Positions 1 to 5,458 of a stretch of DNA of 6,258 nucleotides are shown piece after piece (the first letter of the stretch is position 1; every line of letters begins with the position of its first letter). The DNA lies in the IMG/VR virus record IMGVR_UViG_3300017757_001301, positions 1-6,258 of that record, one strand, 5' to 3'. The notes under the pieces were generated by a model. The model made no database searches. It saw only the letters and a program-made list of their open reading frames with translations, and was not told where the DNA came from. The stretch comes from a virus. Both the position numbers and the translations under genes were made by a program.

Positions 1-284
1 AATAATAGATTTAGCTTTGGAGATATAATATCATAATGCTGAAGCTCTGCAGGAAAATCACTGTCTCCAAATCCATAAGGATTTGTAACATATTCAAAAT
101 CTTCCTTATTTAACTTTCCATTATATAAGTCATAATTTATTTGCTTTCTGTATCTAGAAGATCTTCCATTATATGAATCAGTATTAATTATACCCTCAAT
201 TTCATCTATATTAGATTTTCCCCATTCTTTTGTCTTTTTAGACATTGATACTTTCTGTTTGGGTAAATTTTGTACTGTTTGCAT
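1..284 (-). CDS. Putative portal protein, N-terminal ~94 codons only (gene continues past the left edge of the window)
   Basis: Absent from the supplied track because no stop codon lies inside the window. My translation of the minus strand from ATG 284..282 stays open down to base 3: MQTVQNLPKQKVSMSKKTKEWGKSNIDEIEGIINTDSYNGRSSRYRKQINYDLYNGKLNKEDFEYVTNPYGFGDSDFPAELQHYDIISPKLNLL... It starts 13 nt after the terL stop (298..300), which is the canonical terL->portal order. The block INYDLYNG..N..DFEYV..P.G...FP..L..YDII.PK matches my unverified recollection of portal N-termini in podophages of Bacteroidota. A second in-frame ATG at 245..243 is an alternative start. Confidence 0.5.
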   Translation of the reverse strand, partial: MQTVQNLPKQKVSMSKKTKEWGKSNIDEIEGIINTDSYNGRSSRYRKQINYDLYNGKLNKEDFEYVTNPYGFGDSDFPAELQHYDIISPKLNLL

Positions 285-297
285 TTATCTCGATATT

Positions 298-2364
298 TTA
301 TCTAAAACTAGTATTTCTTGTTCTTTTTTTAAAATAACTTCTATCGTTTCTAAAGAAGTTAAACTTACTTTGTGCAGAATCTGATACTGCATCAGCTCTT
401 ATATTATAATTCTCCTGACTATGGAGCATGCATAACATAAAAGCAATAACTCTATCAAAGTTACCATCTTTAGTATACGCTATTAATTCTTTTAATAACG
501 GGATAGAATAAATAGCATGAAGATTAAGTTTTTCTTCGCCATCTACACCATCACTTCTTTTTTCTAACAACCAATCTCTCACATAAATTTCAGCTTGCCT
601 TTTAATAGGTTCACTCATATGTATACCATATCCTCTATGTGTTTTAGAGTTAGCTACTATATTTTTAATTATTCCAGGCTGTTCTTTAAGCAACCCTAGA
701 CTCTTTTTTTGCTGAAAATACGTCTTTAACCCTGACAAGTTATTTTCGTATAGAGTCTGTGCATTATAATACGTTAAAAGCTTTCTTACGTTTTCATAAT
801 ATCCATCTGCAGTATCTGGACGCCCTGTATACTCTGCTACAGGTAAATTATATGTACCATCAAAATCTTGAAAAGTTTTATAAATAATCGTACTACCTAA
901 AGATGTAGTTCCTGATGTATCTTGATCGTATGGGTCAGTTCCTGCTATGTAAAGTCCAAATGGTATTCTATCTGAGTGATCTTTGTAAGGATGTTCCCAT
1001 ATAACCACACATCCTTCTGAATCTTCGTTATCTTTTAAAGGAAATCTATTAATAGGCTTTCTATCTGCATTAGGAGTCCATTTTACTTTATCTGTACCTT
1101 CTTCCCAATATAAATCTCCAATAAATGCAAGATTTTTTGCTTTGTTATCTGTTTCTAATACACCAAGCCACGAGTTAAGCTCTACTGTTGGGAACAAGTT
1201 TCCACTGACCCTTAAGAAAGCTTCTCGCGGTGTTTTTGGTGATTGTGTTATATATTTTTCCCAAGTTCTTCTTGAATCTGAGTTTCTTATAATATCTCTT
1301 TCTCTATCTAAGTAGTATTCAGTAGCTTCTCTGTTAGAGTTACCGTCTTTATCTACCATTTTTGTAGTAGTACCGTCTTCTAGTACAACTTCTCCTGGTT
1401 TATACCACATATCATCAATAAATAGACCTGCAGGAGTTCCATCTGCACCATCGTCCCAAATATTATTATATGCACGTAGCCAATACTTTTCAGGATTATA
1501 AAACATTTCAGCAAAATCATTAGATCCTCCTTGCATATCACCTCCTGTTCCAAATATGATAGGCATTCCAATCATTACATCTCCATCTCTAAAACACGGA
1601 GCTGTTACCATATAAGAATCTATAAGGTTTGGCCATTTACCTGCCTCTTCAAAAAGAAAGAAGTCTGCAGATTTACCAATCGCTGCTGAGAAGTTATCTT
1701 TAAATGTAAGTGTAAATATTTCTGAGTTATAACCACTCCAAACAGTATTGCCATCTAATACTTCTTGAAATCTAGCTTTAATAAAATCTCTTCTATCAGG
1801 ATTTCTTCTTTTTTTCCAAGCAGTATGCTTGTTAAGGAAGTTACTCATCTCTAAGCTCATAGCCATAGTAGAATTAGAATACTCTGCTAAGAATGCTCCG
1901 ATAATACTAGTAGAGTCTCTAAGAAAATTATAGTTCCATACAGCTAATGCTCCATTCTTGTATGAGAATCCTTTCCGTCTTGCTTTAGCTACTATTAAAC
2001 CTTGACCTGCTGCACGAGCTATCTCTACTTCCTGATAAAAATAATAATCCATATCTAAGAAACTAGGAAATGTAAGAATCTTACGTTGCATTCCAGCATC
2101 GTTTATTGTAGCCTTAATTTGACAGTAGTTGAGGTAAAAATAATGTGGTCCTGTTACTCTAATCCCATTTATTTCATATCCTTCTCTACATCTTCTTGTC
2201 TCTTCGTCCCAGAACTCTTTATATGCATAAGTTCCTTCAGGTGCTGCAGTGTATCTACCATTTTGTAAAAAGTTTGTAGCTGCAGGAGAAAAGTCTATTG
2301 TATCTACAAATCCTCCTTCAACTATACTTACATTGTGTAATACTATGTTAGCCTTTCCACTCAT
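298..2364 (-). CDS. terL: Terminase large subunit (ATPase plus RNase H-like nuclease)
   Basis: 688-aa ORF. ATPase half: Walker A-like IVAKARRKGFS (aa 124-134, nt 1963-1995), Walker B/catalytic DFFLFEEAG (aa 234-242), coupling motif FGTGGD (aa 271-276). Nuclease half: YIAGTDPYDQD (aa 472-482), LYENN (aa 538-542), GNFDRVIAF (aa 634-642). The acidic-residue spacing D477/E540/D637 is comparable to T4 gp17 D401/E458/D542. A portal-like gene follows directly. Confidence 0.9.
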   Translation of the reverse strand: MSGKANIVLHNVSIVEGGFVDTIDFSPAATNFLQNGRYTAAPEGTYAYKEFWDEETRRCREGYEINGIRVTGPHYFYLNYCQIKATINDAGMQRKILTFPSFLDMDYYFYQEVEIARAAGQGLIVAKARRKGFSYKNGALAVWNYNFLRDSTSIIGAFLAEYSNSTMAMSLEMSNFLNKHTAWKKRRNPDRRDFIKARFQEVLDGNTVWSGYNSEIFTLTFKDNFSAAIGKSADFFLFEEAGKWPNLIDSYMVTAPCFRDGDVMIGMPIIFGTGGDMQGGSNDFAEMFYNPEKYWLRAYNNIWDDGADGTPAGLFIDDMWYKPGEVVLEDGTTTKMVDKDGNSNREATEYYLDRERDIIRNSDSRRTWEKYITQSPKTPREAFLRVSGNLFPTVELNSWLGVLETDNKAKNLAFIGDLYWEEGTDKVKWTPNADRKPINRFPLKDNEDSEGCVVIWEHPYKDHSDRIPFGLYIAGTDPYDQDTSGTTSLGSTIIYKTFQDFDGTYNLPVAEYTGRPDTADGYYENVRKLLTYYNAQTLYENNLSGLKTYFQQKKSLGLLKEQPGIIKNIVANSKTHRGYGIHMSEPIKRQAEIYVRDWLLEKRSDGVDGEEKLNLHAIYSIPLLKELIAYTKDGNFDRVIAFMLCMLHSQENYNIRADAVSDSAQSKFNFFRNDRSYFKKRTRNTSFR

Positions 2365-2689
2365 GTTTTTCTGCTGTTTCTTCGTTTACAAAAGTAGCTA
2401 AAAATACTTTGTGCAAAAATATATCTTTTACTTCAGGCATAGAAGCTTTTGCTTTTTTCTTAATACTATCTACTAGCTTAGGAAGTCTTTCTTTAAGCTC
2501 TGTTGTAGATATGTGTTCTAAATTATAATTCTCTACAGGAAGCCCAGGTACAATAATTTCTAATGTATTCTTTTTTGCAAAAAGCTCTATCCCACTTTTA
2601 AATTTTTTATAAGCCTTTATTCCGTATGCTGAAGTCTTTACTGACTCAAATCCAAACATGTCTATTAGTTGTGTATGTGTAATTGCCAT
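2348..2689 (-). CDS. Hypothetical protein, 113 aa; small-terminase candidate by position only
   Basis: ATG 2689 lies 1 nt after the upstream TAG (sequence TAGTATG). Its stop overlaps the terL ATG by 17 nt, consistent with translational coupling. I recognise no motif. Size and position immediately 5' of terL are the only arguments for TerS. Confidence 0.7.
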   Translation of the reverse strand: MAITHTQLIDMFGFESVKTSAYGIKAYKKFKSGIELFAKKNTLEIIVPGLPVENYNLEHISTTELKERLPKLVDSIKKKAKASMPEVKDIFLHKVFLATFVNEETAEKHEWKG

Positions 2690-2690
2690 A

Positions 2691-2924
2691 CTATAAATAT
2701 TTTACAAATGTATGGTTACCACATACACAGTCTTTAGTTGATGTAGGAACATCTTCTAACTTGTTATAAATTTCTTGTTTTGAGCAGCTTGGGCAAGTTA
2801 AAGTAACCCCTGGAATTTCGTTCTCTAATGCAGTTTTCCATAATTTATCAGGAAATATATCTTGCACAGCATTACCTGCTTTAATCTCTATTGACGATCC
2901 GTCATGTATTCCGTTATTTATCAT
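2691..2924 (-). CDS. Small zinc-ribbon protein (CPSC...x19...CVCGNH)
   Basis: The track ORF 2691..2966 begins with GTG (cac at 2964-2966) and would overlap the upstream gene by 32 nt. The first ATG is at 2924..2922, 10 nt after the upstream TAA (2935-2937), giving 77 aa: MINNGIHDGSS...TLTCPSCSKQEIYNKLEDVPTSTKDCVCGNHTFVKYL. I prefer the ATG because GTG starts are rare in AT-rich genomes. Four Cys plus His are arranged as two knuckles, i.e. a zinc ribbon or treble clef. Confidence 0.7.
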   Translation of the reverse strand: MINNGIHDGSSIEIKAGNAVQDIFPDKLWKTALENEIPGVTLTCPSCSKQEIYNKLEDVPTSTKDCVCGNHTFVKYL

Positions 2925-2934
2925 TATATTTATT

Positions 2935-3480
2935 TTATCTTTCGTATTGTCCTTCGGTTCCTCCACCTCTAATTCTAGATTCAGACTTAACTTCTTTTTT
3001 AACTTTCTCTTCTACTTTATCATAAGACTCAATAATCTTACCTATCTTTTCTAAGTTAGCTGCTACATCTTTAGCAGAGTATACTGGTCTACCCGTATCA
3101 TCAAACTGATTAAAATCAACAGTCTCAAAGTAATCTGCCATTTTATAAATAGCAGTTTTTGTTTTTTCTAATAGATACATTGAAGGCGTCTCTTGAAAGC
3201 TCTTATATTTCTTAATACCCTCTACTACTCTTTTTTCTAGCTTTGCATCTTTTGATCCTAAAACATCTTTTCTAACTTCTGGTTCTCTTTTTACAACAGG
3301 AAAAACAGCATAAGGAGAATTAAAATCAGCCATCATATAGATATATGTGATTTCTTTCATCGCTTTAGCTTTAACCTTAGTTTTATCTGCTTTCCATATC
3401 TCTTCAAAAGCAGGAATTGCAAGTATGTCTGGATTAAGTTTTGCTTCTCCTGTTGTAGGATCTAAGTCTAGTAGTCCCAT
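2935..3480 (-). CDS. Hypothetical protein, 181 aa, lysine/glutamate-rich C-terminal half ending RIRGGGTEGQYER
   Basis: Long open frame in a stop-rich AT background. ATG 3480 lies 5 nt after the stop of the upstream mini-gene. I can name no family. The predicted helical, charged C-terminal half (KIGKIIESYDKVEEKVKKEVKSE) would suit an oligomeric protein. Confidence 0.75.
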   Translation of the reverse strand: MGLLDLDPTTGEAKLNPDILAIPAFEEIWKADKTKVKAKAMKEITYIYMMADFNSPYAVFPVVKREPEVRKDVLGSKDAKLEKRVVEGIKKYKSFQETPSMYLLEKTKTAIYKMADYFETVDFNQFDDTGRPVYSAKDVAANLEKIGKIIESYDKVEEKVKKEVKSESRIRGGGTEGQYER

Positions 3481-3485
3481 AGTAT

Positions 3486-3638
3486 CTATTTCTTTTTAGC
3501 TGTCTTTTTAGCTTTTTTAAAATCACTAGCTTTAGGAGCACCTTTACTTCCTGCTTTTCTCATAGTCTCTCCAGAGCCTGCTTTAATTCTTTTCTTCTTA
3601 GCATGTATGTTTGCATATAATCCTTTTTTCTTTGCCAT
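3486..3638 (-). CDS. Hyper-basic 50-aa protein (below the cutoff of the supplied ORF track)
   Basis: My own translation gives MAKKKGLYANIHAKKKRIKAGSGETMRKAGSKGAPKASDFKKAKKTAKKK*. ATG 3638..3636 is 2 nt after the upstream TAA (3641-3643). TAG 3488..3486 is 5 nt before the next ATG (3480). It exactly fills the only long unexplained gap (3481-3640). It has 17 Lys + 2 Arg against 1 Asp + 1 Glu. Confidence 0.7.
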   Translation of the reverse strand: MAKKKGLYANIHAKKKRIKAGSGETMRKAGSKGAPKASDFKKAKKTAKKK

Positions 3639-3640
3639 TA

Positions 3641-3922
3641 TTAGTTCTCTTTAAAAAATGTTTTTTCAATAGACTGCAATAAAAGTTTCATTGTAAGATA
3701 TTTTTCTCTAACTACTCTATCACCAAGTATACTATGATATACTCTACAATATTTAGTTCGTATAGTACCATCACTACTATAGACTTGTTCAACATCAGTT
3801 ATAAGATTTAAATCAGCACAGTACCATTTAGTTAGTGCATCTTCTTTTATCATCTCTAACTCCCCTTCAAAGCCTTCTTTCATAACATCTTGTACAATTA
3901 TAAACTCGTGTCCTCTATGCAT
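3641..3922 (-). CDS. Hypothetical protein, 93 aa (80 aa if started at ATG 3883)
   Basis: Open frame co-directional with its neighbours. ATG 3922 overlaps the upstream gene by 25 nt. The alternative ATG 3883 lies 14 nt after that gene's stop. No motif recognised. Confidence 0.65.
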   Translation of the reverse strand: MHRGHEFIIVQDVMKEGFEGELEMIKEDALTKWYCADLNLITDVEQVYSSDGTIRTKYCRVYHSILGDRVVREKYLTMKLLLQSIEKTFFKEN

Positions 3923-4116
3923 TTATTATCTATTAAATACTTAAGCCTACTAGGTTTTATTGCAAATACTCCTAAGTAATGCAACCTAACAGCTTCTAAT
4001 TTCTTTTCTCTCATGATCTTAGATACGTATTTAAACTGAGATTTAACTATTTTCTCTACAATGTGAGGCTGCAGGTTAAATTCTTGCGCCAGTTTATCTA
4101 TAATATCTTTTCTCAT
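3898..4116 (-). CDS. HU/IHF-like DNA-binding protein, truncated (helical body and first strands only, no beta-arm)
   Basis: MRKDIIDKLAQEFNLQPHIVEKIVKSQFKYVSKIMREKKLEAVRLHYLGVFAIKPSR aligns by eye with HU [56 protein letters not shown]. Shared pattern: K..[EL]I..[LV]A....L.....K.V...F..[IV]....[LM], then V.L..[FL]G.F.[IV][KR]. The ORF ends 15 aa later, so the RNPxTG arm and C-terminal helix are absent. Its ATG shares one base with the upstream stop (TAATG at 4114-4118). Confidence 0.45.
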   Translation of the reverse strand: MRKDIIDKLAQEFNLQPHIVEKIVKSQFKYVSKIMREKKLEAVRLHYLGVFAIKPSRLKYLIDNKCIEDTSL

Positions 4117-4460
4117 TATATATTTACGAAATTAAAAGTAACGAAGATTTGCCCATCAAAAGTTTTAGGTATTACATTAGGGTTTATAACTAATGATTTC
4201 TCTGATTTCATCAGTGCTTTTTTCTTTGTTAAGTTCTTTACAACATTATTAACATTATACGGACTCATCTCAAACTTTTCTTGCACACGTTTACGTGTTA
4301 CTGGAGTAATAGCTACTTCAGCATCTTTATATTCCATATGGTATTTAAGGAATTCTGAAAGTACTAGTGTTTCTTTATTAGAAAGATTTAGCATTCCATT
4401 TATTGCCGATAAATACCTGAAATACATGTTATCATTTGTTACAGGTATATTAAATTTCAT
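4116..4460 (-). CDS. Putative winged-helix (MarR/Rrf2-like) DNA-binding protein, 114 aa
   Basis: LNLSNKETLVLSEFLKY...ITPVTRKRVQEKFEMSPYNVNNVVKNLTKKKALMKSEKSLVINP has the spacing of a wHTH: helix with L..E..VL, recognition-helix-like MSPYNVNNVVKNL, then a K.AL....L.I wing. ATG 4460 lies 2 nt after the upstream TAA. Confidence 0.4.
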   Translation of the reverse strand: MKFNIPVTNDNMYFRYLSAINGMLNLSNKETLVLSEFLKYHMEYKDAEVAITPVTRKRVQEKFEMSPYNVNNVVKNLTKKKALMKSEKSLVINPNVIPKTFDGQIFVTFNFVNI

Positions 4461-4462
4461 AA

Positions 4463-4768
4463 TTACTCTAGAATTTCGTTTGCTTCTTCTTTTTCTTCTT
4501 TTTCCATGCTAAAGAAATTTTTGAACCCTTCAACATCTTTGTTTACATAAAAATAAATTCTGTTTCCAAAATTTTTAGTTATGTACTCATAAATTCCTTC
4601 TATCTCTTTTTGAGATTCTTGGTCATTAGATGCAGGGTTATATATAATACTTAATACATCATATGTAATATCTATTTTATTATATACAACTTCTCTCCAC
4701 TCTGGATCACTACAAAAAATCTCTTTTCTAGAATGTGATAAAGCCACTTTATGTTTCATTTGTGCCAT
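4463..4768 (-). CDS. Hypothetical protein, 101 aa, acidic C-terminal tail (MEKEEKEEANEILE)
   Basis: Open frame starting 15 nt downstream of the tRNA 3' end and ending 2 nt before the next ATG. No family recognised. Confidence 0.7.
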   Translation of the reverse strand: MAQMKHKVALSHSRKEIFCSDPEWREVVYNKIDITYDVLSIIYNPASNDQESQKEIEGIYEYITKNFGNRIYFYVNKDVEGFKNFFSMEKEEKEEANEILE

Positions 4769-4783
4769 AGTACTAAAATTTAG

Positions 4784-4855
4784 TAGCGGGGGAAGGATTC
4801 GAACCTACGACCTCTGGATAATGAGCCCAACATGCTACCGTTACACCACCCCGCG
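4784..4855 (-). tRNA. tRNA with anticodon CAU (Met; initiator-like acceptor stem; Ile2/lysidine identity not excluded)
   Basis: The reverse complement is CGCGGGG-TG-GTGT-AACGGTA-GCAT-G-TTGGG-CTCATTA-TCCAG-AGGTC-GTAGG-TTCGAAT-CCTTC-CCCCGCT-A (72 nt). It forms a cloverleaf with U8, A14, G18G19, U33, anticodon CAT (plus-strand atg at 4821-4823), T54 T55 C56 R57 A58 and C61. It is a GC-rich island in AT-rich DNA. It is collinear with E. coli tRNA-fMet (CGCGGGGUGGAGCAGCCUGGUAGCUCGUCGGGCUCAUAACCCGAAGGUCGUCGGUUCAAAUCCGGCCCCCGCA) apart from a D-loop 2 nt shorter. No CCA is encoded; the 3' trailer is CUA. Confidence 0.9.
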
Positions 4856-4860
4856 ATAAT

Positions 4861-5208
4861 TTATTTTAAAATAGTTCCTATAATATCGTATTCCCTAAAT
4901 TGAACATATTCTGTTCCATTAATAGGAATAGCAATACCAGAACCTCTAACATATACTGTATCTCCTACTTCTGCAAACTTACAGTCAGGTCCAACTAGAT
5001 GGACAGTATGTACAGGTACGTTATCAATGTTCTGAAGACTCTTCTTTGCGTCATCAGTTAAAAGTAATCCTGCGTTCTCTGCTTGTGCAAGTTCTTCTGA
5101 TTTAGGAATATTAGTAACAATAAAGTCATGCGAAGGCGCATAGTAACTTGTTAAGTCTGTAAGTCCTTCTGTCTTTTGTTTTCCGTCTTTTTTAATGATT
5201 GTGCTCAT
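4861..5208 (-). CDS. GroES/Cpn10-like co-chaperonin (functional analogue of T4 gp31), 115 aa
   Basis: Matches to E. coli GroES by eye: YAPSHDFIVTNI vs IRPLHDRVIVKR; AGLLLTDDAKKS vs AGGIVLTGSAAAKS (mobile-loop region); HLVGPD vs LAVGNG; AEVGDTVYV vs VKVGDIVIF; EYVQFREYDIIGTI vs EVLIMSESDILAIV. Same order and similar spacing. Extra ~22-aa N-terminal extension and a longer loop. Confidence 0.55.
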   Translation of the reverse strand: MSTIIKKDGKQKTEGLTDLTSYYAPSHDFIVTNIPKSEELAQAENAGLLLTDDAKKSLQNIDNVPVHTVHLVGPDCKFAEVGDTVYVRGSGIAIPINGTEYVQFREYDIIGTILK

Positions 5209-5455
5209 CTGTAGTTTCTTTAAGTGTTTTGTTATATTTTAAACGTAACGTATGTATCTCGTCAATCTCTTCTTGAGTAAGAGGTATAGATCTCCTATTA
5301 ACTAGGATGCTTTCATACCTAGATACTTTTTTTTGCAAGCTATTAAGCTCTGCATTAGTCTCTAACAATATCTTTGCAAGTATTTTTACTTCTGTATTGC
5401 CTAAAGAGGAGTTTTTATATATTGCTAATAATAATGACTCATTAATTTCTTGCAT
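5192..5455 (-). CDS. Hypothetical protein, 87 aa
   Basis: Open frame. ATG 5455 lies 3 nt after the upstream TAG (TAGACTATG). Its stop overlaps the GroES-like ATG by 17 nt. Helical, charged composition. No family recognised. Confidence 0.7.
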   Translation of the reverse strand: MQEINESLLLAIYKNSSLGNTEVKILAKILLETNAELNSLQKKVSRYESILVNRRSIPLTQEEIDEIHTLRLKYNKTLKETTDEHNH

Positions 5456-5458
5456 AGT

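Noticed and set aside
1380-1571. 63-aa minus-strand ORF inside terL
   Set aside because: It is out of frame within the terL coding region, which is continuous and motif-bearing across this interval.
2086-2268. 60-aa plus-strand ORF
   Set aside because: It is embedded antisense within terL, and the terL frame carries clear conserved motifs.
2691-2966. The zinc-ribbon ORF as a terminase-associated HNH endonuclease
   Set aside because: It has Cys knuckles but lacks the HH...N...H catalytic residues, and it is too short for the beta-beta-alpha-metal core.
3490-3520. Short direct repeats (ttttagct x2) as a regulatory repeat
   Set aside because: They are explained by repeated AAA/AAG/GCT codons of the KKAKKTAKKK tail of the 50-aa ORF.
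3486-3638. The 50-aa basic ORF as a phage-encoded ribosomal protein (bS21, bL32-36, THX)
   Set aside because: It shows no resemblance to the sequences of those proteins as I remember them. Only the charge is shared.
3641-4116. HU-like ORF plus the overlapping 93-aa ORF as one frameshifted full-length HU gene
   Set aside because: The 93-aa product has no RNPxTG arm or HU C-terminal helix, and a fusion would be far longer than HU.
4285-4298. Inverted repeat ACACGT-TT-ACGTGT as an operator
   Set aside because: Six-nt arms are expected many times by chance in 6 kb. It lies inside the wHTH coding sequence, where it simply encodes T-R-K-R-V.
4063-4512. 149-aa plus-strand ORF
   Set aside because: It lies entirely antisense to two well-supported minus-strand genes (3898-4116 and 4116-4460). 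Its product is a low-complexity F/L/I-rich sequence typical of a shadow frame in AT-rich DNA, and no neighbour is on the plus strand.
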